From positions 50,227 through 114,226 of IMG/VR virus record IMGVR_UViG_3300045988_122195: 64,000 bases of DNA; one strand, 5' to 3'. This document shows positions 28,186 to 37,524 of this stretch, piece after piece. This DNA comes from a virus. The position numbers and the translations under genes were made by a program. A model generated the notes under the pieces. It did no database searches, was not told the DNA's origin, and was given only the letters and a program-made list of their open reading frames with translations. Each line of letters opens with the position of its first letter. The first letter of the stretch is position 1.

Positions 28186-29355
28186 TTGGAAAATAAAGAA
28201 AGAGCATTAGCACACGTAGAAAAGATTGAGTGGATCAAGCCGATAGAAGGAGCTGATAATATTGAACTTATTGGAGTTTTGGGGTGGGTTTGTATCGCCA
28301 AAAAGAATGAATTTAACGTAGGAGATATGGCTGTTTATATTGAGATTGACAGCAAATGTCCAGAAACAGATGAAAGATTTGCATTTTTAGCAAATAAGAA
28401 ATTCAAAGTTAAGACTATGAAACTTGGAAAGTTCAAAGTGATTAGTCAGGGATTAGCTTTACCATTGTCACTTTTCCCAGAATTACAGGACAAAAAGATT
28501 GGTGATAATGTTACAGAAGCATTAAAAATTACTTATGTTTCAGAAGAGGATGCCGCAAGAAAGACTAATAAGATTGATCCAAATGCCAAATATAAGTCAA
28601 TGGCAAGGCGTAGACCAAAATTATTTTCAAATCCAATTGTTAGAATGATTATGAGATATAGCATTGGTCGAAAGATTATGTTTATGCTGTTTGGTCGTAA
28701 GAAAGATAATCCAAAGAAATTTCCAGATTGGATTGTTAAGACTGATGAGACTAGAATTGAGAACGCACCATTCTATCTTCAGACTACAGAAAAGTGGATT
28801 AAAACTGAGAAATGCGATGGAACAAGTTGTACATTTGCCGTTGATAGATTGAAGAAAGGAAAGGACAAATTTGACTTTATTGTATGCAGCAGGAATGTAA
28901 GACAGGCTGATAGAGAACAGGATCGTTATCACGAATCAAATATTTATTGGGAATTATCCGATAAATATGATATTGAAAAAATTCTCACACAGTTTGCGAT
29001 AGAGAACAATTATAACAGAGTTGTATTACAAGGTGAAGGTGTTGGTTCAGTTCAGGGTAATCCATATAAATTTACAGAAAATAAGTTGTTTGTATTCAAT
29101 CTGATTATTGATGGTGTAAGAGTCGGAACAATGGAAATGGCTGATTTCTGTAAGAACCACGGTTTAACAAGTGTACCAATTATTGATACGGCTTATGAAC
29201 TCCCAAAGACTATGGAAGAAATGAAGCTTGAAGCTGATGGATATAGCGAATTAAATCCAAAGGTCAAGAGAGAAGGATTTGTATACAGGACACAGAACGG
29301 ACAGCAGAGTTTTAAAAATGTAAGTCGTGAGTATTTGTTAAAACATAATGGATAA
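28186..29355 (+). CDS. ATP-dependent RNA ligase-like nucleotidyltransferase (KxDG motif I, roughly 200-aa N-terminal domain)
   Basis: 389 aa; motif I KTEKCDGTSCTFAVD (K-x-D-G-x-S); TTG start after taaggtaagaggaac. Confidence 0.6.
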   Translation: MENKERALAHVEKIEWIKPIEGADNIELIGVLGWVCIAKKNEFNVGDMAVYIEIDSKCPETDERFAFLANKKFKVKTMKLGKFKVISQGLALPLSLFPELQDKKIGDNVTEALKITYVSEEDAARKTNKIDPNAKYKSMARRRPKLFSNPIVRMIMRYSIGRKIMFMLFGRKKDNPKKFPDWIVKTDETRIENAPFYLQTTEKWIKTEKCDGTSCTFAVDRLKKGKDKFDFIVCSRNVRQADREQDRYHESNIYWELSDKYDIEKILTQFAIENNYNRVVLQGEGVGSVQGNPYKFTENKLFVFNLIIDGVRVGTMEMADFCKNHGLTSVPIIDTAYELPKTMEEMKLEADGYSELNPKVKREGFVYRTQNGQQSFKNVSREYLLKHNG

Positions 29356-29395
29356 TAGGTGATTATGTAATTTTTATGTTTAAAGGAGATTTTAA

Positions 29396-30286
29396 ATGAA
29401 TAAACCAACATTATGGGTTATGGTCGGTTTGTCTGGAAGTGGCAAATCAAGTGTCGCAAAAGAAATTGCAGAGAATAATCCTGATACAGTTACTATATCA
29501 TTAAACAATATTCGTGAAGAATTAACTAGTAAAGTAGAAGATCAATCTAAAAACGAAGAAATATTCAAAGTATTTCACAAAAGAATCCGTGAGGCATTGG
29601 AGAATAATACTAATGTGATTGCTGATGCTACAAACATTACAATGAGGTCAAGACGAGCAATTATTGAAAATATTAAAGGTATTGAATGTCGTAAGATTGC
29701 TTATCTGATTCCAAAACCGTTTGATCAATGTAAGATTGATAACCTGAATAGACAACATCCTGTGCCTAAAGAAGTGTTAGACAAACAGATTAGAAAATTC
29801 CAGATTGTGTTTTATGAGGAAGGTTGGGATCTTATTAGAAGCTGTGGCTTCCTTAGAGATGATGAGATAACAATTCCAGATATATCTTTAAAAATGGAAA
29901 ATTTTGACCAAAAGAATCCACATCACACTATGAGTTTGCTTGAGCATAGTGATTATACATACAAATTGTTCGCTGACAAAGAATATCCAATGAGTTTTCA
30001 ATTAGGAGCGTTGCTTCATGATGTTGGTAAACTATATTGTCAAACTTTTGATGAATCTGGAATTGCTCGTTACCTTGACCATAATTCGATTGGAAGTTAT
30101 GTTATTTTGACAAGTCTTGATAGGTTCTATCATTACGACATCATTGATGCTTGTTTTCTTATCAACTATCATATGATGCCCTTTAATTGGACAACAGAAA
30201 AATCTAAGGAACGTTGGAAGAAAAGGTTTGGAGAATATAAATATCAGATGCTTTTAGATTTTCATGAATGTGATAAAGCGAGGTGA
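29396..30286 (+). CDS. P-loop polynucleotide-kinase-like domain fused to HD-domain phosphohydrolase
   Basis: 296 aa; Walker A VMVGLSGSGKSSVAKE; HD motifs HHTMSLLEHSDY and LGALLHDVGK. Confidence 0.65.
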   Translation: MNKPTLWVMVGLSGSGKSSVAKEIAENNPDTVTISLNNIREELTSKVEDQSKNEEIFKVFHKRIREALENNTNVIADATNITMRSRRAIIENIKGIECRKIAYLIPKPFDQCKIDNLNRQHPVPKEVLDKQIRKFQIVFYEEGWDLIRSCGFLRDDEITIPDISLKMENFDQKNPHHTMSLLEHSDYTYKLFADKEYPMSFQLGALLHDVGKLYCQTFDESGIARYLDHNSIGSYVILTSLDRFYHYDIIDACFLINYHMMPFNWTTEKSKERWKKRFGEYKYQMLLDFHECDKAR

Positions 30287-30639
30287 GACGCATGAGATGT
30301 AATACAGATTTAGAGACTTGGCTGCATGATTTCGAAGATGATATATTTCGTATCTTAGTTTACAGAAAGCCTGGTCAGTACACACCATATGAGATGGAGA
30401 ATAAGTTTAGTGATGAATCGTTGTATGTAAACAATGAGTACAAGAAAGTATTTATTGAAGATGTAATTGAACTACCGGACAAAGATGTTCTGATTGGATT
30501 CAGAGAAGTTCTTGATGTGAATCAACACGAAGATGGGGAATATGAATGCGAACTTGCAGATAGCATTGAATATTATAAGTTATCAGAAATCAAACTGGAA
30601 TGTTTCAAGTGTGATCAAGTGATAGGAGGTGAGTTTTAA
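30283..30639 (+). CDS. hypothetical protein
   Basis: 118 aa; overlaps previous stop (ATGAGATG). Confidence 0.5.
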   Translation: MRRMRCNTDLETWLHDFEDDIFRILVYRKPGQYTPYEMENKFSDESLYVNNEYKKVFIEDVIELPDKDVLIGFREVLDVNQHEDGEYECELADSIEYYKLSEIKLECFKCDQVIGGEF

Positions 30640-31063
30640 TATGGTATCAAGTCAGATTATTGATGTAATCAACGAATTGTGTAGTAAGTTCGGAATTGCA
30701 ATTGATTGGTCACAGAAAAACGTGCAGCCTTATTTGGAAAGTCTTGTGGTAAAAGCTGTAAATTATGAATTATATACGTCTATTATGTGGATTGTAATCG
30801 GAGCAATTCTAATCGGAATAGGTTTATTTTATTTGTCAAAAGCCAATAAGTGTAAGGAGAGATATATAAAATATAAAAAAGATTCCACTGTTGACACTGA
30901 AAGTGATTATACATGTAAAGATTTATACAGAATATTAGGTTGGTTTTTATTTATAACTGCTATCCTTTTTATTATATACAATACAAATGATGTTATTAAA
31001 TGTATTACATTTCCAGATAAAGTTGTGTTTGATATGATTTATAGTTATTTACCAACTAATTAA
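30629..31063 (+). CDS. membrane protein (2-3 TM)
   Basis: 144 aa; TM SIMWIVIGAILIGIGLFYL and ILGWFLFITAILFIIY. Confidence 0.5.
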   Translation: MSFNMVSSQIIDVINELCSKFGIAIDWSQKNVQPYLESLVVKAVNYELYTSIMWIVIGAILIGIGLFYLSKANKCKERYIKYKKDSTVDTESDYTCKDLYRILGWFLFITAILFIIYNTNDVIKCITFPDKVVFDMIYSYLPTN

Positions 31064-31070
31064 ATGGAGG

Positions 31071-31337
31071 ATGGACATGGAAGTATTTCAAAATATTATG
31101 ATTATCTTCTTGACTGCACTACTACTCGGAATTTTAATCGCATTTTCAATTCTATTGGAAAAATTCGTAGAACTTTCAGATGAAGTACATAAGAAACTCT
31201 TTGAGATGTCAGTAGAGAATAATACAAATGTGGATGATGGATTCATTCTTGGAGATGAATTCTTAACAGAAGATGAATTGATGAATGAAAACGATGAAGA
31301 TTCAGGAGAAGAATTCGGAGTTTATTCTGAACGATAA
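31071..31337 (+). CDS. small membrane protein with acidic C-terminus
   Basis: 88 aa; TM IMIIFLTALLLGILIAFSILL; DE-rich tail. Confidence 0.45.
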   Translation: MDMEVFQNIMIIFLTALLLGILIAFSILLEKFVELSDEVHKKLFEMSVENNTNVDDGFILGDEFLTEDELMNENDEDSGEEFGVYSER

Positions 31338-31554
31338 AAGAGTAATAGTATTATGGGTATACGTTAAATATGAGGACAAATTCTTGCCGTAATCGTTCAA
31401 GATTAACAATTGGATACTGAAAAATAAAAAAACTGAATTTGCTATGTGTATATATTAAATAGTAAGCAATATATGATGTGTTTTTTGAACTTAAATTAGC
31501 TTAATTAAACTAACTAATTTTTGTATAAATATTTAAAAAAGAGGAGAAAGAAAA

Positions 31555-33135
31555 ATGGTAAATGAGATTATTAATGGACTTGGTGTTTTAGTTCCTGTAG
31601 TGATTGTAGGAGCAGGTGGAATTGGAATTGTTGGTTCTGGATATGTAAAAGCATCGCCAGATAAAGCCTATATCATTTCTGGTTTAAGAAAAGATCCAAA
31701 AGTTCTTATTGGAAAAGCTGGGCTTAAGATTCCATTCTTTGAAAAGAAAGACGAGCTAAATCTTCAGTTAATTCCAATCGATGTAAAAACATCAAGCGCA
31801 GTTCCAACAGCAGATTACATCAACATTAACGTTGATGCAGCAGTAAATGTAAAGGTTAGTAGTGACACAGATAGACTTAAACTTGCAGCAGAGAACTTTC
31901 TTAATAAACCAACTGACTACATTGGACAGGTTGCAAGAGAAGTTCTTGAGGGTAATATGCGTGAAATTGTTGGCAAAATGAACTTGGAAGAAATGGTTTC
32001 TGATCGTCAGAAGTTTGCAGAACTCGTAAAAGAAAATGCTGAACCAGATCTTGCTGCAATGGGACTCGACATTGTGAGCTTCAATGTACAGAATTTTGTT
32101 GATGAAAATGGAGTAATTGAAAATCTTGGTGTTGATAACATTGTTAAAATCCAGAAGAATGCAGCTATTTCAAGAGCTGATAGCGAAAAAGAAATTGCTA
32201 AGGCTCGTGCTATGGCTAAAAAAGAAGCAAATGATGCAGAGGTAGCTTCTGAATTGGAAATTGCAAATGCTCAGGCTGAAGCACAGAAAAAGAAAACAAT
32301 TGTACAGGCTAATGCCGATAGAGAGTCAAGAGAAGCTCAAATTGCAGCAGACACACTTATTGCGCAGAAAGAAAATGAACTTGAAATTAAAAAAGCAGAA
32401 CTTCAGAAAGATGCTGAAACAAAAAAGGCTTCAGCGGATGTAGCTTATAGTATTCAGGAACAAAATGAAAGAAAATCTGTGGAGATTGCAACGGCAGATG
32501 CTGATCTTGCCAAACAGGAAAAAGCTGTAGAGATTAAGGAGAAAGAGATTGCACTTACAGAAAAAACTCTTGAAGCCACTGTAAAGAAACAAGCTGAAGC
32601 AGAAAAATATGCAAAACAGCAGGAAGCAGATGCAAGGCTGTATGAAACACAGAGAAAATCAGAAGCAAGTCTTTTTGAGAGACAGAAAAATGCTGAAGCA
32701 GAGAAGTTTGAGCGTGAGAAAGAAGCTGAAGCTATGAAAGCGACAGCAGAAGCTAACAAATATGCAATGGAACAAGAGGCGGAAGGTATCCGTAGTAAAG
32801 GACAAGCTGAAGCTGATGCAATCAAAGCAAAAGCTCTTGCAGAAGCAGAAGGTATTCAGAAGAAAGCAGAAGCAATGAAACAGATGGGTGAAGCAGCAGT
32901 TCTTGATATGTATTTCAAAGCTATGCCAGAAATCGCTAAGAATATTGCAGAACCTCTTGCCAAAGTTGACAAAATTACAATGTATGGAGATGGAAACTCT
33001 TCAAAATTGATGAAAGATATCATGAACACCCTTAATCAGGTTACAGATGGTATGAAAGAGTCAACTGGAATCGACTTAAATTCTATTCTTGCAGGTTTTG
33101 CAGGTGCTAAAATTGCTGAATCTACAGACAAATAA
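31555..33135 (+). CDS. floT: flotillin (SPFH domain, FloT/YuaG-like)
   Basis: 526 aa; N-terminal hairpin anchor GLGVLVPVVIVGAGGIGIVGSGYV, SPFH core incl. EVLEGNMREIVG and GLDIVSF, long EA-rich coiled coil (AEAEKFEREKEAEAMKA), C-terminal KVDKITMYGDGN; collinear with B. subtilis FloT as recalled. Confidence 0.85.
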   Translation: MVNEIINGLGVLVPVVIVGAGGIGIVGSGYVKASPDKAYIISGLRKDPKVLIGKAGLKIPFFEKKDELNLQLIPIDVKTSSAVPTADYININVDAAVNVKVSSDTDRLKLAAENFLNKPTDYIGQVAREVLEGNMREIVGKMNLEEMVSDRQKFAELVKENAEPDLAAMGLDIVSFNVQNFVDENGVIENLGVDNIVKIQKNAAISRADSEKEIAKARAMAKKEANDAEVASELEIANAQAEAQKKKTIVQANADRESREAQIAADTLIAQKENELEIKKAELQKDAETKKASADVAYSIQEQNERKSVEIATADADLAKQEKAVEIKEKEIALTEKTLEATVKKQAEAEKYAKQQEADARLYETQRKSEASLFERQKNAEAEKFEREKEAEAMKATAEANKYAMEQEAEGIRSKGQAEADAIKAKALAEAEGIQKKAEAMKQMGEAAVLDMYFKAMPEIAKNIAEPLAKVDKITMYGDGNSSKLMKDIMNTLNQVTDGMKESTGIDLNSILAGFAGAKIAESTDK

Positions 33136-33168
33136 TCTGTACATAATCTAATTTTATACATTTTAACT

Positions 33169-33705
33169 TTGCATAGTGTCACAGCTATGCAGAGTATTTC
33201 TAAAAATAATATGAGAGGAAGTGATTATGTGGTTAATTTAGAACCACAAATGATACAAAAAGTACAAAAGTGTTTAGAAACACATGTTGGTGGCGAAGCA
33301 TATTTTAATGAATTAGATGCTGCAATTAAATCAGATGAAAATCTTTTGAAGTCTTTTATTAATCGCATTGTCATAGAAACGAAGTGTCGCAACTTTGTAA
33401 TGTCAGGTGAAATTGGTGTTGTGTATTCTAAGTTATATTCATACGATGACATTCATTTATTGTTACTGCCAGGTGGCTTGAGACACGATAAAGAAATTCC
33501 TTATGACATTGGGAGAATATATGAAGGAATGGAATTTGTATTCGTAGATGATTCATATTACTCAGGAAAAACTTTAAATGCTGTGAAGAAATATATGGAA
33601 TCTACTGGTGCAAAGGTCATTGCAAATTATGTTTTCTACGATGGAAGTATGGAGAATAAAGATAATGTGAGATCAATTTACAGATATTACGATTATCACA
33701 AGTAG
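33169..33705 (+). CDS. phosphoribosyltransferase-fold (PRTase-like) protein
   Basis: 178 aa; PRPP-loop-like MEFVFVDDSYYSGKTLNAV; start may be ATG 33211. Confidence 0.5.
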   Translation: MHSVTAMQSISKNNMRGSDYVVNLEPQMIQKVQKCLETHVGGEAYFNELDAAIKSDENLLKSFINRIVIETKCRNFVMSGEIGVVYSKLYSYDDIHLLLLPGGLRHDKEIPYDIGRIYEGMEFVFVDDSYYSGKTLNAVKKYMESTGAKVIANYVFYDGSMENKDNVRSIYRYYDYHK

Positions 33706-33719
33706 GGAGAATAATACAT

Positions 33720-33914
33720 ATGGGAAGAAAATTCAGATGGTTGGATGCAATCAGAGCGATGAGTGTAGATGATCTTTCACCTTATCTTGTAAAAGAATGT
33801 TTCAATTTTCATGATGAAACATGGTGGTTATCTCCAAGTGGTAATAAATTTGATCATTACGATGATGCTCTTGAAGATTGTATTCGGTGGTTAAATTCGA
33901 AATACGAGGAATAA
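33720..33914 (+). CDS. hypothetical small protein
   Basis: 64-aa ORF after gggagaataatacatATG. Confidence 0.45.
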   Translation: MGRKFRWLDAIRAMSVDDLSPYLVKECFNFHDETWWLSPSGNKFDHYDDALEDCIRWLNSKYEE

Positions 33915-33918
33915 GATT

Positions 33919-34290
33919 ATGGGATGGTATGAAGAACGCAGAACAAAAGAGTGCATAGAGGGATTACAAAAGGTAATTGACGCATTGGACGAAAAAGATA
34001 GGATTATCAATTCGTTGCGAAAAGAGAATAAAAAATTAGAGGATGAACATTACAAAGATAAAGAACTAAAAAAACTGCAAGAAAAAATTGAAGAGTTGCA
34101 GGGCAACTGTACTAGAGGATTTCCAATTACTGTTAAAGAACAAGAAAAGATAGATAAGATCCGTGAAGAACATAGAAAAACATGTCCTCTTTGTAAATTC
34201 AGTTATGAATTTGTGTGTTATCCAATGGTTGGCTTTGGTTTTTTGAAATGCGCAACATGTGGTGAAAAAATAAAATTTGCAGAGTGGTGA
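33919..34290 (+). CDS. coiled-coil protein with C-terminal zinc ribbon
   Basis: 123 aa; KKLEDEHYKDKELKKLQEKIEELQ; CPLCKF ... CATCGEK. Confidence 0.5.
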   Translation: MGWYEERRTKECIEGLQKVIDALDEKDRIINSLRKENKKLEDEHYKDKELKKLQEKIEELQGNCTRGFPITVKEQEKIDKIREEHRKTCPLCKFSYEFVCYPMVGFGFLKCATCGEKIKFAEW

Positions 34291-34378
34291 TGAACTATAT
34301 GGAGAATAAGTAAATGAATGAAGTTACATATTTACATATTACTAATGTAAAACCATTCGTAGAAAGGAGTCTGTAGTA

Positions 34379-34816
34379 ATGAATTTTCCAGAAGCAACGA
34401 AGTATCTTCTTAATGGAGAATATATAAGAAGATTAAAATGGTATAAAGATTATTACATCAAACTTGAAAATGATGCAATTTTTGATAGTGATGGAACAGA
34501 TTTTTCAGGCACAATGTTCTCTATGGAAGATATTATCGCTAACGATTGGGAGCTATATCAGCCTAAATTAGAAGTAGGTACAGTTGTTCAACACCGTGAC
34601 GGTACAATCGGAATTATAGTCGATTTTTGCAATTTTAGCAATGAATGCTTCATTTTATGTGCGGATGGGTGTCTAGAAAAAGTTGATGAAAGCATGGTTT
34701 CATCTATAAAAAATGACGATAAGCTTGTAAAAAGATACATAAATTTTGCAAATGAAAATCTGAAAGCACTTGTTTCTACATTAGATACAATTTCGAATTT
34801 TGTAAATAAAGAGTAG
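34379..34816 (+). CDS. hypothetical protein
   Basis: 145-aa ORF. Confidence 0.5.
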   Translation: MNFPEATKYLLNGEYIRRLKWYKDYYIKLENDAIFDSDGTDFSGTMFSMEDIIANDWELYQPKLEVGTVVQHRDGTIGIIVDFCNFSNECFILCADGCLEKVDESMVSSIKNDDKLVKRYINFANENLKALVSTLDTISNFVNKE

Positions 34817-34866
34817 AGAATATATAAGTATAAAGTTTAAAGATTCAAAGATTAAAGGAGAAAAAT

Positions 34867-35511
34867 ATGAGTACAATTGAGAAAATGACGGTTCACAAAG
34901 CATTGGCGGAGTTAAAGATTATTGATTCCAGAATAGAGAGATCAATTGATGATGCACAGTTCTGTGTGGCAAACAAACATTCTAATGAAAAAATTAATGG
35001 TATTCCGGTTGAAGATGCTAAGAAATTAATGGTAGGAAGCTACGATAAAGCATCTGATCTTATTAAGAGAAGAAATGCAATCAAGAGAGCGGTTGTTCTT
35101 TCTAACGCAAAGACAATTGTTACGATTGCAGACAGAGAATATACTGTTGCAGAAGCAATTGAGATGAAAAATCATGGCATTGACTTTGAGGAACTTCTTT
35201 TAAATGAAATGAGATGTCAATACGCAGACGCTAATAGAACTATCTCAGCAGAGAATGGCGAAAAACTGAGCGAAAGAGCAGATAAGTTTGTCATTGACAT
35301 GTATGGATCAAAAGAGGGTAAAACAAATACTGCTGATTTTGAGAAAGCAAAGAAAGATTTCATTACAGCGAATTCTTATGATCTGATTGATCCACTTGAT
35401 ATTAAGAAGAAGATTGATGGATTAGAAGAATATATCTCAAACTTCAAAACAGAAGTAGATGCTGTATTGAGTGTTAGTAATGCTATTACAGAAATTACTG
35501 TAGAGTATTAG
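34867..35511 (+). CDS. hypothetical protein
   Basis: 214 aa; RBS aaaggagaaaaatATG. Confidence 0.55.
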   Translation: MSTIEKMTVHKALAELKIIDSRIERSIDDAQFCVANKHSNEKINGIPVEDAKKLMVGSYDKASDLIKRRNAIKRAVVLSNAKTIVTIADREYTVAEAIEMKNHGIDFEELLLNEMRCQYADANRTISAENGEKLSERADKFVIDMYGSKEGKTNTADFEKAKKDFITANSYDLIDPLDIKKKIDGLEEYISNFKTEVDAVLSVSNAITEITVEY

Positions 35512-36149
35512 AGAATATATAGATAGGAAATTATTTCACTGTTTGCTGAAAACTTAGAACTACAATCATTCAGACTTTTGCAAGTATAGCCTGAATAAAA
35601 ATAATAAAGAAACTTGAAAACATCCTAAAGCATAAAAGGTAAGTAGAAAATATGTGAGAATGCTTGATGCACAGTGTCAAGCGTTATATTACAAGATGAC
35701 TGTAAAGAGTAAAGTTCAAATGTCAAGTAGTAAAGCTCAAAATTCAAAGATTATGTTTTGTGTAAAGTTTAAGTAACAAATAGTAAAGATATAAAGTTTT
35801 ATAAAATCTTCGATTAACAGTTTTTCAGTATGATTGTACTTGGCTGTAAGTTGTCTGCGAAGCTGGTAAATGGTGAATTAGTTTATAAGTGTCAGCCTGC
35901 ATAATAATATGCATAGTTGTCGTGTGGGTTGACAAATAAGCACCCAAGGTGATGCGGTACGTTGCACCTGGCTTATATCCAGCGATTCTCCGTTCGACTC
36001 GGAGTGGGTGTACTGTATCTGAATATTCACAGAATGTGTTATTCGTTTCCTTTCTTTCTATGAACATTCTAGTTCAGATGCAATGTTTTTCATAACTTCC
36101 TTTTTTGGGGGTTGGCAACTTACCCTGGAGACAAAAAAGTTGCAAATAA

Positions 36150-36300
36150 AAATATGGTGGATGACAGCAACGGAACGAAATTTGTTGTGCATGACAAATT
36201 CTAGTATGAGTAGGAACGCTGTGGTTGTAAGTGAAGTTGTTAAGAAGATGCACATTCGAAGCAATGAATCTTATAAAGGTGGTTCGAATCCACCATCCAT
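36150..36300 (+). ncRNA. candidate structured RNA element with tRNA T-arm-like hairpin
   Basis: GGTGGTTCGAATCCACC (36278-36294; 5-bp stem, TTCGAAT loop); perfect 7-bp hairpin AATTTGT-TGTGCATG-ACAAATT (approx 36178-36200); GGTGGAT (36157-36163) complementary to ATCCACC about 130 nt downstream; no ORF. Confidence 0.3.
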
Positions 36301-36670
36301 CTTTTAATTTCAAAACCCGTCGTTCAGCCTGTATGGTGAGCAATAATTAGAGAATTGGAACAAAAGCCTTAAATGAACGTAAAACAAAAGGAATCGAAGT
36401 ACAAGATTCTGGAGTAGACCTAGACACAGTACCGTTATAAGATAGCTCATAAACTGAAAAGATATATGTTTTTGAGTGAAAAAAGTAAGTAAAGAATGAA
36501 ATGCTGAAAAAATCTTATGAAACAGAAATAGAAATCGCTCAAATTGCCACAATGTTATGAAAGGTCATTGTGGAAATCCAATGGGCTGTGGTGAATAAGT
36601 AAACACATAGCTACATTAATGGGAGCGTTACCCATCAGCCTAGTTAAATACAATTATATTATATAGTGAG

Positions 36671-37411
36671 GTGATAACAATAAGTGCATTAGTAGACAAT
36701 TATTCGAAAGAAGAATTAGAAAAAATTGTAAATGAATCATTTTCTATGGCAGAAGTTATTAGTAAATTAGGTTATAAAACAAGAAATGGCAGTAACGATA
36801 AAACAGTTAAAAAAAGATTAGAAAAATATAATATATCAACAAATCATTTTAGAAATCTTAGATGTGTTGAAAGAACACCACAAAATGTATTTTGTATTAA
36901 TAGCACAGTAACACAGAGTGTGTTAAGAAGGTGGTTCAAACGGATTAGTGATGATAGTAGATGTGAAATTTGTGGACAATTAAAATGTTGGAACAATAAA
37001 GATTTAACAATGATTTTAGATCACATAGATGGAGATAATCATAATAATCAGTTACAAAATTTAAGATGGATATGCCCAAATTGTAATAGTCAGCTTCCAA
37101 CCTTTGCAGGTAGAAATTTAAATAAAAGAATAAATTATATACCTATGAAAGATCGAAAAGCAAAGAAAAAAATTTGTCCAGTATGTAATATTAATGAAAT
37201 ACATCTTGAAAGCAAGATGTGTATTGATTGTAGAAACAAAGAAAAAGCAAAGAACATACCGCCAAAAGAAGAGTTGGAAAAGTTGATTTATGAAAAATCT
37301 TTTGTGGCAATTGGTAAGATATATGGGGTTTCAGATAATGCTGTTAGAAAATGGTGCAAAAAATATGGTTTGCCTTATAGATATGGTGAATTACATAAAT
37401 ATATAGCATAA
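36671..37411 (+). CDS. HNH homing endonuclease-like protein
   Basis: 246 aa, GTG start; HNH motif LDHIDGDNHNNQLQNLRWICPNCNSQ; extra CxxC pairs (CPVCN, CIDCRN); C-terminal HTH-like YGVSDNAVRKWCKKYGL. Confidence 0.6.
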   Translation: MITISALVDNYSKEELEKIVNESFSMAEVISKLGYKTRNGSNDKTVKKRLEKYNISTNHFRNLRCVERTPQNVFCINSTVTQSVLRRWFKRISDDSRCEICGQLKCWNNKDLTMILDHIDGDNHNNQLQNLRWICPNCNSQLPTFAGRNLNKRINYIPMKDRKAKKKICPVCNINEIHLESKMCIDCRNKEKAKNIPPKEELEKLIYEKSFVAIGKIYGVSDNAVRKWCKKYGLPYRYGELHKYIA

Positions 37412-37438
37412 CAAAAGATGTACAGAAATGCACATCGA

Positions 37439-37521
37439 ACTGGAATGGCGGAATGGCAGACGCACTTGACTTAAAATCAAGCGGTGAAAACACCATACGA
37501 GTTCAAATCTCGTTGCCAGTA
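37439..37521 (+). tRNA. tRNA-Leu (anticodon TAA), type II with long variable arm
   Basis: Acceptor ACTGGAA/TGCCAGT (one A-G mismatch), D arm GCG-GAATGGCAGA-CGC, anticodon stem CTTGA/TCAAG with loop CTTAAAA, variable arm GGTG-AAAA-CACC, T arm ACGAG-TTCAAAT-CTCGT, discriminator A; no encoded CCA. Confidence 0.8.
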
Positions 37522-37524
37522 TTA

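Noticed and set aside
32261-32825. ORFs 32261..32443 (+) and 32454..32825 (-) inside the flotillin gene
   Set aside because: Alternative-frame and antisense readings of the EA-repeat coiled-coil region; low-complexity (K/R/L or A/S-rich) artefacts.
35940-36300. tmRNA hypothesis (CCCAAGGTG and GATTC..TTCGAC motifs plus 3' T-arm)
   Set aside because: Motif order is inverted relative to standard tmRNA, no ...ALAA-stop tag reading frame was found, and the acceptor pairing with a 5' GGGG end is not visible. Kept only as a generic structured-RNA candidate.
35825-36552. Short ORFs on both strands inside the 35.5-36.7 kb region (for example 35825..36067 -, 36074..36343 -, 36083..36307 +)
   Set aside because: No RBS, mutually overlapping, His/Thr/Cys-rich odd composition. 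The region is better explained as non-coding structured RNA/DNA.
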